Shown piece by piece: positions 8,866-17,920 of a stretch of DNA of 64,000 nucleotides. This stretch comes from a virus, in the IMG/VR virus record IMGVR_UViG_3300045988_100686, positions 64,001 to 128,000 of that record. One strand, written 5' to 3'. Below the pieces are notes generated by a model. That model worked only from the letters and a program-made list of their open reading frames with translations, was not told the DNA's origin and did no database searches. Each line of letters opens with the position of its first letter. Position 1 is the first letter of the stretch. The translations under genes were made by a program, and so were the position numbers.

Positions 8866-10428
8866 TTAGTCTCTGTTGCGGGGTATAGGATTAGAAAACT
8901 TTTTGTATCCATCATACACGGTTTTACCAAGTAACGCCCCACCCAGAGCGTTTGCTGCAGCTCCCGCAAGATATACCTTGCCTACGGCACCGGGCTTCGT
9001 TGCTCCTGGGGATCCGGCTGCGTATCGCAAGAAATTACCTGCGCCTGTAAGCCCTGCCCCTATAAGACCATTTCTAATTAAATGGGTCTCACCAATGTTT
9101 TCTGGAGCATAATTTTCGTTATATTTTTGACGTAGCTTGTGCGCACCATATATACCACCAGCTAAAGCTCCAGCTCCTAGGCCGATTTTCCACTTATTTG
9201 CTTTTAGCCAAGGTTTCGCGTTCTCATATCCCCAAGAACGAATCATTCGGGATTCTTCATCTAGTCCTCCTAAGGCTGTAGCTACACGTTTTAGTTCTTC
9301 ACTTTCTGTTGACGCCTTTTTTTCTCTAGGTTTATATTTTACAGCTTTATAAGCATTATAAAGTCCTTTGGTTGCATCAACTGTGGCTAAGCCTTGAAGT
9401 GCACGCCCAGCATTGTTGCTGATAGCCCCTAAAATTGGATGTTCCTTTTTGATGAACTTACCAGTCAGACGAAGCGCGTCACCGGATATTCCATGCTTAA
9501 GGTACTGTTTAAGATTTGACTTAAAATTTGCTGAGTATGGGTTTGTTTCACTACTGAATTCAACAGGAATACCATTTCTTTTAGCGTAAGCATTTGCTCC
9601 CATTCCCAAGGCTCCAGCTCCTAGGAAAGCGGTTTCTATTGGATTCTTCCTTGCGTAGGCTGCCAATATATTCCCCACCCCAGCAACTTTTTCTGGCTGA
9701 TTATTTTGAGGCTGAGGAGCAAGCATATGACCTGCGAGGTATCCAGCACCTAGGGCACCTACAGCAGTACTAACAGGATGACGTTGGATGAAAGATTTAT
9801 TTGGTGTTGTAGAAGCTGCCGTATTTGCAGTTTCACTAACACCTGAAGTGTTCTTAAGAAACTTCGATTTATACTTTTGAGCAACATCACCAATACCGTT
9901 TTTTATCTGAGTCCCAGTAAATTTGGTGGAGCCTTTAAATGCTCTCCAACTTTTATCTTTAAACACAGAATCTTTCATCATGTTAAGTCCATGCTTAAAT
10001 GATGTCCACCCTGCTTGTTTTTCCAATGCTAGCATTGCTAGCTCTGGGTAAAGCTGTGAAGCTGTTTTTTCTGAAGGTTCTAAAGTGTTTCGCTTTGATA
10101 ACGCATATCCTGCACCTGAAAGTCCCAGTCCAGTAGTACCAACTTTATCTATGTAATTATTGTTATTCATTTCGTTGTTACATGAAGCTTGAATTGGGGT
10201 CGACCTAGGTTTCTTATTAATAAAAGATCCCCCCAATCCTCCCACAAGTGCTCCAAAACCTGCAGAGGCTAGACTGCTTGTAGCTAGATGCCCATAACCC
10301 TTGAACTTACTTGCTAATAATTGTTTTCCAATGTTAGCAGCTGTGAATCCAAGTGCTCCTGCTGCAGCTCCTGGAAGCATCATGGTTCCAGTGTCTGCTG
10401 GAGTAATTGTAGAAACTTGCCTTTCCAT
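8866..10428 (-). CDS. Gly/Ala-rich virion protein
   Basis: 520 aa; LPGAAAGALGFTAANIG, GALGAGYLAGHML, GLGAGALAGGIYGAH segments. Confidence 0.55.
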   Translation of the reverse strand: MERQVSTITPADTGTMMLPGAAAGALGFTAANIGKQLLASKFKGYGHLATSSLASAGFGALVGGLGGSFINKKPRSTPIQASCNNEMNNNNYIDKVGTTGLGLSGAGYALSKRNTLEPSEKTASQLYPELAMLALEKQAGWTSFKHGLNMMKDSVFKDKSWRAFKGSTKFTGTQIKNGIGDVAQKYKSKFLKNTSGVSETANTAASTTPNKSFIQRHPVSTAVGALGAGYLAGHMLAPQPQNNQPEKVAGVGNILAAYARKNPIETAFLGAGALGMGANAYAKRNGIPVEFSSETNPYSANFKSNLKQYLKHGISGDALRLTGKFIKKEHPILGAISNNAGRALQGLATVDATKGLYNAYKAVKYKPREKKASTESEELKRVATALGGLDEESRMIRSWGYENAKPWLKANKWKIGLGAGALAGGIYGAHKLRQKYNENYAPENIGETHLIRNGLIGAGLTGAGNFLRYAAGSPGATKPGAVGKVYLAGAAANALGGALLGKTVYDGYKKFSNPIPRNRD

Positions 10429-10802
10429 TATTCTTGGGTAGCCTCTTCTGCTGTTGGAGCAGGAGTAGCTTTTCGTGTTCTAGTAGTTTTAGTTGATTTA
10501 GAAGTACTTTGTACTACTGGGGGTTCAGGTGTTTGCTTCGGTGCTGCCTTTACAGCACTACGTGGGCCATTGGAAACAGCGCCAGCATCAAAGCTTACAG
10601 CTTTTACAACGTTACCAGTAATACCAGTTTTTACTAAACCGGGATCATTGGAAATAGAAACTAACTTAGCACTTTCTAGTTCTTTTACGCGAGTAACTAG
10701 TTCAATGTTGGAGTCATCAATATAATGATTGATTTCACCGACTGCTAGGTTTAATCTTCCATCAATGCCCAGGATAGCATTATGTAGATTAGAAATAAAC
10801 AC
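10428..10802 (-). CDS. hypothetical protein with basic Pro/Thr-rich C-terminal tail
   Basis: 124 aa; ATG overlaps stop of downstream gene. Confidence 0.5.
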   Translation of the reverse strand: MFISNLHNAILGIDGRLNLAVGEINHYIDDSNIELVTRVKELESAKLVSISNDPGLVKTGITGNVVKAVSFDAGAVSNGPRSAVKAAPKQTPEPPVVQSTSKSTKTTRTRKATPAPTAEEATQE

Positions 10803-10838
10803 TAGGGTTATCCCTCTCTTTCTTAAAGTATAGTAATG

Positions 10839-10859
10839 AGGGAGGGGTAACCTCCCTCT
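10839..10859 (-). promoter_or_regulatory. stem-loop between candidate capsid gene and next gene (attenuator/terminator-like)
   Basis: GAGGGAGG-ggtaa-CCTCCCTC perfect 8-bp inverted repeat in the 63-nt spacer. Confidence 0.35.
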
Positions 10860-10865
10860 AATGAG

Positions 10866-11804
10866 TTAGTCTTCGTAACCAGCGCCAGTCAGTTTAATCT
10901 TTGCGACACCGTTATCGTTACCAATTGAAATACCAATGTTCTCCCACAGATGGAAGGTAAACTTGTTGGCTTTGGTTTCCATAAATGCTTTAACGTCAGT
11001 CAGGACGTCAAATACACCAAGGTATTCAGGGGTAGAGAACAGATAAATGTGACCCGGTTTTACAATTTCATTCTTGATGGAACGAACGAAGTTGTAACCC
11101 AACAGCTTAGTATAGCTGTAACCATTATGGATGATATCTTCCATAACCTGAGAACCAGCTGCAGGCTGTTGCAGTTTCAGCAGGTCCATCCAGTCAGATT
11201 CACTGATCAAAATAGTGCCGATAGGTACTTGACGTTTAACCAGGAGTTTCAGGCCTTCAGCCAGGATAGACGGAGTAAACGGACCAGCTGCAGTGTAAAC
11301 TGCGGTACCAGCTTTTTCCGCTTCTTTCTTCTTCAGAATATCATCCACAGTAGAAATAAATAGTTTATCTTCTGTAGCCTGAATATCTTTCAGATAGTTC
11401 TCTTGGATAATTTGTTTAATAGGTACTCTGTAGGTCATCAACTCTTCAGTGAGTTTGTGGAATTCCTCAGACTGAATATGAGTATAGAATACCTGGAATT
11501 TATCACCGATATAGTATCTCTGTTGAGCTTGCTCACTGAAAGTTACAGGGTAAGCCTCAGATACTTTATCTTTGTGGATAATACGCATCGGGGAATCTGA
11601 ATCAACAGCTTGGTCCAGATCTGCTGCGGTAATTTGTTTCGGGGGAATAATTTTACGAGTGAAGGAACCTTCACGGATTTTTACACGGCAGAACTCAGTA
11701 GCACTACCTGCAACCTTTTCCAAACCTTCCTGAGAAGAAATCTTTTGGACAAAGGAAGTGTTGTATAACATTGCATCATTTGCGTTGTCGAGAATTACGC
11801 TCAT
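10866..11804 (-). CDS. candidate major capsid protein (highly expressed structural protein)
   Basis: 312 aa; codon usage visibly shifted to CTG/CGT/GGT/GAA/CAG unlike neighbours; sits after protease and scaffold-like genes; no motif-level proof of HK97 fold. Confidence 0.4.
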   Translation of the reverse strand: MSVILDNANDAMLYNTSFVQKISSQEGLEKVAGSATEFCRVKIREGSFTRKIIPPKQITAADLDQAVDSDSPMRIIHKDKVSEAYPVTFSEQAQQRYYIGDKFQVFYTHIQSEEFHKLTEELMTYRVPIKQIIQENYLKDIQATEDKLFISTVDDILKKKEAEKAGTAVYTAAGPFTPSILAEGLKLLVKRQVPIGTILISESDWMDLLKLQQPAAGSQVMEDIIHNGYSYTKLLGYNFVRSIKNEIVKPGHIYLFSTPEYLGVFDVLTDVKAFMETKANKFTFHLWENIGISIGNDNGVAKIKLTGAGYED

Positions 11805-11832
11805 TCTATTTATACACCGTCCTTATTGTCTA

Positions 11833-12225
11833 TTAAGCAAACATAAAGGTTACGACACCGTTAGTCATATCTTTAATTGCGTAACCAATAACATCTGACT
11901 TATCAGCAGACTTATCCACTTTACCATCGTTTACAGTCAGAGCATCACCTGCTACAATTGATACTGCAGCAACTTTGTCTGTCTCCAAAACTCCTGATTT
12001 TGCAGTTACACAGTCTACACGATTCAGATAACGGGTATCATAGAAGCGACCATTACCACGATAAACTGGCACGCAGAGTCCTTGGGACGGATCCCATTGA
12101 CCTGTTTGTTTCTTTACGGCACCACTATCAAATACTGCCCAATCACCCTGATCCAGGATTTCGCCGTCCTTAACTGGAAGGCTTTTGATATTTGCAGTTT
12201 CTTGACCACTTAAAATATTAAGCAT
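11833..12225 (-). CDS. hypothetical structural protein (130 aa)
   Basis: ORF with strong SD context, co-oriented. Confidence 0.5.
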   Translation of the reverse strand: MLNILSGQETANIKSLPVKDGEILDQGDWAVFDSGAVKKQTGQWDPSQGLCVPVYRGNGRFYDTRYLNRVDCVTAKSGVLETDKVAAVSIVAGDALTVNDGKVDKSADKSDVIGYAIKDMTNGVVTFMFA

Positions 12226-12246
12226 TCGGGAATTCTCCTCCTTATA

Positions 12247-12564
12247 TTAACCTAAAATTGCTTTATCCAGAGGATCCATTGATCCTCCAAAATATCCACC
12301 AGTGGAGACTTCCCCAAGTGCGTCAACGCTACCAGTAGGTAGGTCATTGACCACGGATTTCATGGATGCAATTTTTTGTGGGTTTTTAGTTAAAAATTCT
12401 ATATAATCATTACGTTGAGATTCTTTAACCATACCATGTTGAATCATCAAATTAGTTGTTTCTGCTGCTTCTTTTTGTAGGTTATTAGAATACTCCATTA
12501 CACTTGCGGCTTTTTCAAGTAAGGTTGCCGCATTCAAAAGTTCTTGTTGGATATCAGAACCCAT
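12247..12564 (-). CDS. hypothetical protein (105 aa)
   Basis: ORF, co-oriented. Confidence 0.5.
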   Translation of the reverse strand: MGSDIQQELLNAATLLEKAASVMEYSNNLQKEAAETTNLMIQHGMVKESQRNDYIEFLTKNPQKIASMKSVVNDLPTGSVDALGEVSTGGYFGGSMDPLDKAILG

Positions 12565-12576
12565 GTGGGCACCTCC

Positions 12577-13098
12577 TTATTGTTCCTGTGGTTTGCTACG
12601 AAGTTTATCAAGAAGCTCTGTGCCTTTCATTTGAGCAAGTATACCTGTTGCCAATGCTCCTGCACCTGCTACTGGCTTCATTATACTCGGACGTTCAATC
12701 TCTCGATAAAGAACCTTTCCATCTTTACCAGCACCTGGAACCAGAACATTTTTGCCATTCTTTGTTTCCATGTGAACTTTGTATTTTGATTTGCTCGTCC
12801 ACATGTCATGCCAGAGACCAGATTTTGACCTGCCACGTATCATAGCACCTAATCCAGTGTCTGCAGCAGTAAGCCCAGAGTCTAATTTATTTAAGGCTTT
12901 AGAAACAGTCGGAGCACCAAAAGCATCAGCTTTAGCAAGCCCGTCTATTATGTTCCTATGAATTGCCAGTCCTCCGACTTCCCCTGACTGCCGTATGTAG
13001 GGTGTTGCTCGCTGAATTTCTCGCTTAGCATACCGGAGTCTGTTCTTTGCAAAATTGGCTATACCGTTTAGAAAAGCAGCTTCTTTTTCAATAGACAT
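12577..13098 (-). CDS. hypothetical protein with Gly/Ala-rich segment
   Basis: 173 aa; KPVAGAGALATGILAQ. Confidence 0.5.
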   Translation of the reverse strand: MSIEKEAAFLNGIANFAKNRLRYAKREIQRATPYIRQSGEVGGLAIHRNIIDGLAKADAFGAPTVSKALNKLDSGLTAADTGLGAMIRGRSKSGLWHDMWTSKSKYKVHMETKNGKNVLVPGAGKDGKVLYREIERPSIMKPVAGAGALATGILAQMKGTELLDKLRSKPQEQ

Positions 13099-13274
13099 TA
13101 ATCTTCTAGTGCAAAGCCAGCCAGCAAGCCATCCATGTACTCTGCGCGAGCAGTAGAGGCAGGGGCAGTCGCACTAGCTACTTTGTCAAGCGAATATGAT
13201 TCTTCTGTAGCAAACTGGCGTAAAAGGGATGCACAGTCACGCATGTCCTGAACCAGTTGTTCATTGTCGTTCAT
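13098..13274 (-). CDS. unlisted small acidic protein (58 aa)
   Basis: ATG 13274..13272 preceded by AAAGGAGA at 7-nt spacing; stop TAA overlaps ATG of 12577..13098 (TAATG); below the 60-aa cutoff of the ORF track. Confidence 0.5.
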   Translation of the reverse strand: MNDNEQLVQDMRDCASLLRQFATEESYSLDKVASATAPASTARAEYMDGLLAGFALED

Positions 13275-13296
13275 GTAAAGTCTCCTTTACTGAGAG

Positions 13297-13896
13297 TTAC
13301 GCAATACCTTGAATAGCCTGTGCTGCGCTACCAACAGCTTGGCTTGCCTGAGCAACGTATGCTTCGAGTTCTGGATCTGCTACTGCTTCATGAGCTTGGC
13401 GCGCCAGTGTCATGTTCTCAGCAGCGGTTGCCATAGATTGTGCAGCAGTATTTGGATCACCTTGATCAGCAGATGCAATGGCGTCATTTGCAGCCTGAAC
13501 TGCTAGTTCTGCATGAGCTTTACCTGCTTCACGCAGTTGATCTGCGGATGCTTGTTGGGTGCTTACAAGGTTAGCGCCACCAGATTGTGGGGAATAAGTT
13601 TCAGCGATTTTTTCAAGGCTAGCGTATACTGCAGTGTCAATCATGTCTGCAATAGAAGCTTGCTTTACAATTTCTTCCTCCGGATCAAAACCAAGAGATG
13701 CGGACAATCTATAGTGGAAAGTATCATATGCCTGATTGCCCATGATGTCGCCAGTGATGCTAGCAACTTTAGTTACGCGTTCTGCGTCCGCAATGCCTTG
13801 TTCATGTGCGGTCTTCAACAAAGAATTATCTTCTAGATTTACTCGTGCACTCGCTTGTTTAACAAGGTCTGCAATAGTAGTTTTTTGGTTTGACAT
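13297..13896 (-). CDS. scaffold-like Ala/Gln-rich helical protein
   Basis: 199 aa, predicted all-helical low-complexity (AQASQAVGSAAQAIQGIA), directly downstream of the protease-like gene. Confidence 0.45.
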   Translation of the reverse strand: MSNQKTTIADLVKQASARVNLEDNSLLKTAHEQGIADAERVTKVASITGDIMGNQAYDTFHYRLSASLGFDPEEEIVKQASIADMIDTAVYASLEKIAETYSPQSGGANLVSTQQASADQLREAGKAHAELAVQAANDAIASADQGDPNTAAQSMATAAENMTLARQAHEAVADPELEAYVAQASQAVGSAAQAIQGIA

Positions 13897-13957
13897 TGTC
13901 GTCTTGCACCATCCTTTACGAAATGAGTAGAATTTGTCGATTATCTACTTGTGGTAT

Positions 13958-13986
13958 ATTATACCTGATTTTATTTATTAGACTAA
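13958..13986 (-). promoter_or_regulatory. putative sigma-A-like promoter upstream of scaffold-like gene
   Basis: minus strand TTAGTC-17nt-TATAAT in AT-rich spacer. Confidence 0.3.
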
Positions 13987-13987
13987 T

Positions 13988-15910
13988 TTATTTCATGGTT
14001 CTATCAATCAATGCATTATCTATTGCATTTCCTGCTAGACTTGATACTAGTGATTGACCTCTTCCTCTGAATATTATACCGTTAAGTAATGTTGTGCCAA
14101 CATTTGCAACGGTGTCTCCAAATGCTGCCAATTTTTCATGAAATTCTACGTTTCCTGCTGTTTTTAACATGCTCTGCTCTACATTAGAATGTTTCTGTAA
14201 TGCAATATTTACTGCTACAGGAGCAACTAGAGATATAATATCATCTGTTTCTGCTGCACATTTCTCTAGATTATTATAGTTATCTGTGGATATAAAATGA
14301 CTCATCACAAATGGTATCACAGGTTCGTTTATACTCGATGTTTTCTGCATCTGTAGTTCCTGCGGGGTTGGTGTTGCTTTCTTAGAGTGGAGTAAAGCTG
14401 CTGCTGCCGTTAAAATTGCCCAAACCTTAGGATCAGTTAGTAGCTTCTTGACCGTCGGTACATTATTGTACGCTGCGTAAAGTGCCCCAAGAGTATATCC
14501 AGTTACTGCAGGGTTTAGTGGCGGCTTTTTGTTTCGCAAGTACATCTCATACTGCTGAGGTGTCATTTGTACTGGCACAGTAGCATAGGGATCTTGTTGA
14601 ACTAAAATTGTTCCCGGCACTTGATCTCCTGCGATATTGGTACAGCTCTCCGGAATGCGAACTTGTCCGAAAGTTAGAGCAGGATTCATAGCCCATGCAG
14701 TACTCGGAATATCAATGTTTAATGCAGCTAACTTCTCTACACTGTCCATTACTGCAGGAAGGAAAGATGAACGCTTAATTAGGAATGGTTCAACTAATCT
14801 GCTTACCTGCTTTATGGTTTCTCCTCCAGGATTTGATACTGGTTTCGCTGCCAATAATCCTGACAATACTTCTCCAAATGAATCCAAGGGCAGGCCACGT
14901 TGAACGATAATTATTCTTGTAGCTTCACGAGGTTTCAACTGGATGGCATTTGCGAATAAACTCTTTAAAATGTCTGGGAAAGAATATCTTAATGCAAGAT
15001 GATCAAGCAGCGGAATAGGCAAATCTGGTTGCATTTCTTTTATCACCGGGTTGACCCCTGCTATTCCTGCGTTCATTACTCTTACTGCACCAGAGTTTAT
15101 TCGTTTAATCATTGCCAACTTATTAAAACTTGGTGTTGACGCTGTTTTTAGGAGTTCGTCGTCTTCAATATCAAAAGTACGTGCTACCTGAGCAACTGGA
15201 ATACAATTACCTAGATTTTCAAAGTAATCTGCACATTCATCTTGTAGACTGCGTTGATCTGCGCTGGCTACTTTTGATAACACATATGCAATTCTGTCAG
15301 CACGGTGGCGCACGATAGAAATATCAAAGAACGTTGGATTATAATTTATCATAAACGGTTGTTTGCCGTCGGGGTAAATCTTTTTCTTGTCATACTTTAT
15401 ATGAGAACAGTAGTCTGATTTTCTACGTGCTTTATTGCCACAGATGGAGCACACATCATAGGCTACTCTGCAACCCATACTTACTTCAAGCTGTTCCCCA
15501 GCTTCCTGCCTGCGAACAAACTCTGCACCCTTGATTTTATCAATGGCTAGAATAAGTTCTACGCGATGCATTTTTGGATTGTACCATGAGAATACTACTT
15601 TGCCATAATCTTGACTAGTAGGCTTATTGTCATGCTCTTTAAATACTTTTGCTGTTGTAACAAAGGTGTTGTGTCTAGCAATCAGGTCCTTTTCGGGGAA
15701 GTAGTCACCGTTAATATTGCAACCATAGTATTCACCAGCGCCCATAGCTATTACATGCAAATACATGAAACCTGGATCAGGGGTAAAAGTAGACAAGAAT
15801 TCTGTTATTTCAGGACTCTGTCCTCGTAGTTCATCAAAGTTCGCAAGTTTTACTCTTGCTTCACCTGTATTCTCAAAGGTACTTCCTAGAGAATATTGTT
15901 TACCAAGCAT
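13988..15910 (-). CDS. prohead serine protease (HK97/S78-like) fused to zinc ribbon and long C-terminal extension
   Basis: N-terminal YLHVIAMGAGEYYG...FKEHDNKP...GKVV...LEVSMGCRV matches the His (HD) and Ser (SMG) blocks of HK97-type prohead proteases; followed by CSICGN-x10-CSH. Confidence 0.5.
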   Translation of the reverse strand: MLGKQYSLGSTFENTGEARVKLANFDELRGQSPEITEFLSTFTPDPGFMYLHVIAMGAGEYYGCNINGDYFPEKDLIARHNTFVTTAKVFKEHDNKPTSQDYGKVVFSWYNPKMHRVELILAIDKIKGAEFVRRQEAGEQLEVSMGCRVAYDVCSICGNKARRKSDYCSHIKYDKKKIYPDGKQPFMINYNPTFFDISIVRHRADRIAYVLSKVASADQRSLQDECADYFENLGNCIPVAQVARTFDIEDDELLKTASTPSFNKLAMIKRINSGAVRVMNAGIAGVNPVIKEMQPDLPIPLLDHLALRYSFPDILKSLFANAIQLKPREATRIIIVQRGLPLDSFGEVLSGLLAAKPVSNPGGETIKQVSRLVEPFLIKRSSFLPAVMDSVEKLAALNIDIPSTAWAMNPALTFGQVRIPESCTNIAGDQVPGTILVQQDPYATVPVQMTPQQYEMYLRNKKPPLNPAVTGYTLGALYAAYNNVPTVKKLLTDPKVWAILTAAAALLHSKKATPTPQELQMQKTSSINEPVIPFVMSHFISTDNYNNLEKCAAETDDIISLVAPVAVNIALQKHSNVEQSMLKTAGNVEFHEKLAAFGDTVANVGTTLLNGIIFRGRGQSLVSSLAGNAIDNALIDRTMK

Positions 15911-15922
15911 CTCTTAGCCTCC

Positions 15923-16138
15923 TTATTTATCAAGGAGCATTCTGCCTATAAAGTCGTTCATGATTTCTCTTCCAGCTGCTTGGCTTGCTACCTTTCCAAA
16001 CTCAAGATTGTCTCCGTAGAAGCTGTCTTCAAAGCCAGCAAGGTAGGCTGGGAGAGTTAGGTCTTCATTAGCTCTTTCGGCAGCTGTTTTCTCATTTAAT
16101 TGAGAAACAAATAGTCCTAGCCCAAACCAATCTTCCAT
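15923..16138 (-). CDS. small acidic hypothetical protein (71 aa)
   Basis: ORF with ATG overlapping upstream stop. Confidence 0.45.
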   Translation of the reverse strand: MEDWFGLGLFVSQLNEKTAAERANEDLTLPAYLAGFEDSFYGDNLEFGKVASQAAGREIMNDFIGRMLLDK

Positions 16139-16833
16139 TATTTTACTCCTTTGAATGCCTCTCTACCAACAGCTTCTGCACCACTACGGATTACTGCACC
16201 CGTAAGCTGTGTTCCAAGAGAGCTGAAGTTACTCTTGTTAGCCTCACGATTGCGGAGCACTTGTCCTTCAAGACCCAGTAGCTCTCCCATTGTTGCCATG
16301 TTTAGATGGCCCTCAGCATCAAGCATAGATTCTAAGTAATTTGCAAGCAGTCTAGGTTCTGCCGCAACTGTTGGAGATGCCTTGATGATCATTGGCATAT
16401 ATCCTTTTAGAACTTCATATCCATGACGTTGAAGAGTCGGAGACATTTGGATTGCTGTGCGTAGAGATTCATCATATTTAGAAGCATTCATTTGGTTAGC
16501 AATGTAGTCAATTCCTTTTGCTGCGCCCGCTGCTACTGCTGCTGCACCTAAGGCACCCACACCCTGAAGAAACCCATTCTTGAGAGCCGGACTGACAGAG
16601 AATCCTGCTGCTGTTTTTTCTTGACCAACGGAGTATCCTCTTTGCCATTCCACGGGGCCAGAGTACTCTGTATTTGAACTGGCAGTTTTTTCGGCTTCAG
16701 CGGACTTATTTTGCTGAAATTCAATTGGGCCAGCATTTGCGCCTTTGAAAAGCATTTTTCTGCTCACTCTCCCTGTTAATTTTGTATTAAACCCACTATA
16801 TGGGGATTTTGGTATTGTTATTTTAGGTATCAT
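16138..16833 (-). CDS. hypothetical protein with Gly/Ala-rich segment
   Basis: 231 aa; GVGALGAAAVAAGAAKGIDY. Confidence 0.5.
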   Translation of the reverse strand: MIPKITIPKSPYSGFNTKLTGRVSRKMLFKGANAGPIEFQQNKSAEAEKTASSNTEYSGPVEWQRGYSVGQEKTAAGFSVSPALKNGFLQGVGALGAAAVAAGAAKGIDYIANQMNASKYDESLRTAIQMSPTLQRHGYEVLKGYMPMIIKASPTVAAEPRLLANYLESMLDAEGHLNMATMGELLGLEGQVLRNREANKSNFSSLGTQLTGAVIRSGAEAVGREAFKGVK

Positions 16834-16835
16834 AG

Positions 16836-17078
16836 TTAATTGTTGCTATTCAGTATCATGTGTTTTGCAAGCTCAGCGGCTGCTCCAACTGAAATTGCCC
16901 CTATGCCCTGAAGCATTCCTTGTCTAACTGCAGGATTAAGATGTACTTCTAGGTGCCTATTAGCATCATGATCAAACTCTACTGGACCGTTGTTAAGTAC
17001 GTATGTCCCTGCTGTTTTTATGGTGTGCTTGCTTTGGAATTCAATTGGAGTATTCATATCAGTCGCCAATTTCTGCAC
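16836..17078 (-). CDS. small hypothetical protein (80 aa)
   Basis: ORF; GIGAISVGAAAELAKH segment. Confidence 0.45.
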   Translation of the reverse strand: MQKLATDMNTPIEFQSKHTIKTAGTYVLNNGPVEFDHDANRHLEVHLNPAVRQGMLQGIGAISVGAAAELAKHMILNSNN

Positions 17079-17904
17079 CGTATGCTTGCAATACTCGTTT
17101 ACATGCTTCAGTTACATCAGAGGATGCTGCAATCTTAGTGTTCCATACATCTTCAGATCTTCCCAGTAAATCTGGGTCAACATACTCACTTGCAAGCTTT
17201 TCGGTGAATTGATTAAAAATTTCACGTATTGCAGGTTGTTGCTCAGGGAACATATTGAGGCATTCGTATTCAGACTCAGCTAATGATTTGTCTTCTGACA
17301 GGGAAGCCTGTTTTACAATTCTGTACATGTCGGTTAGAGCAGTCTCCTGGTCTAGCTCTGCTTTCATTGCAGCAACCCCCACATCTGAAGCGTTCTTTTC
17401 CATGTCACAAATTATTCTGCACATCTCACGTGAATCTGCATCAATCGCTGGTGCGTAAGCAGTATCACTTGCAGTCTTCTTAAAATCCTCGTTTATCCCG
17501 AAGATATCATCAGCAGACACTGCAGCTAGTTTTTCTTGGAAAGACTTTGAAAACCTTGAAACAGTGGAAATTCTAGGAAGACTAGATTCTACACTTGCGG
17601 CCTTAAAAAGTCCTGTTGTAGGAGCTTCAACTTTTACATCGTTAGCCTTTGGAAGCACGGATGATGTTTTAACTCCTAAAATTACTTCAGGACTAGCAAC
17701 TTCAAAGTCTGTTTCACCAGGGTATACTCTAAGAAATGCTTCTGTGTTTGTGCGTTCAATCAATCTTTGAGTTTGATCTGTATTTAGCCCTAAGTCGCCT
17801 GCTTTCTTTATGACTCCAGTATTTAGTGATACATGGTTGTCCATGAAATCTGTTACGATTTCTTGAGCGGCAGTCAACAGAGAGCTATCTGATACACTGG
17901 ACAA
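17059..17904 (-). CDS. hypothetical acidic protein (281 aa)
   Basis: ORF, co-oriented. Confidence 0.5.
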   Translation of the reverse strand: MSSVSDSSLLTAAQEIVTDFMDNHVSLNTGVIKKAGDLGLNTDQTQRLIERTNTEAFLRVYPGETDFEVASPEVILGVKTSSVLPKANDVKVEAPTTGLFKAASVESSLPRISTVSRFSKSFQEKLAAVSADDIFGINEDFKKTASDTAYAPAIDADSREMCRIICDMEKNASDVGVAAMKAELDQETALTDMYRIVKQASLSEDKSLAESEYECLNMFPEQQPAIREIFNQFTEKLASEYVDPDLLGRSEDVWNTKIAASSDVTEACKRVLQAYGAEIGD

Positions 17905-17920
17905 TATAGTGCCCTCCTTT

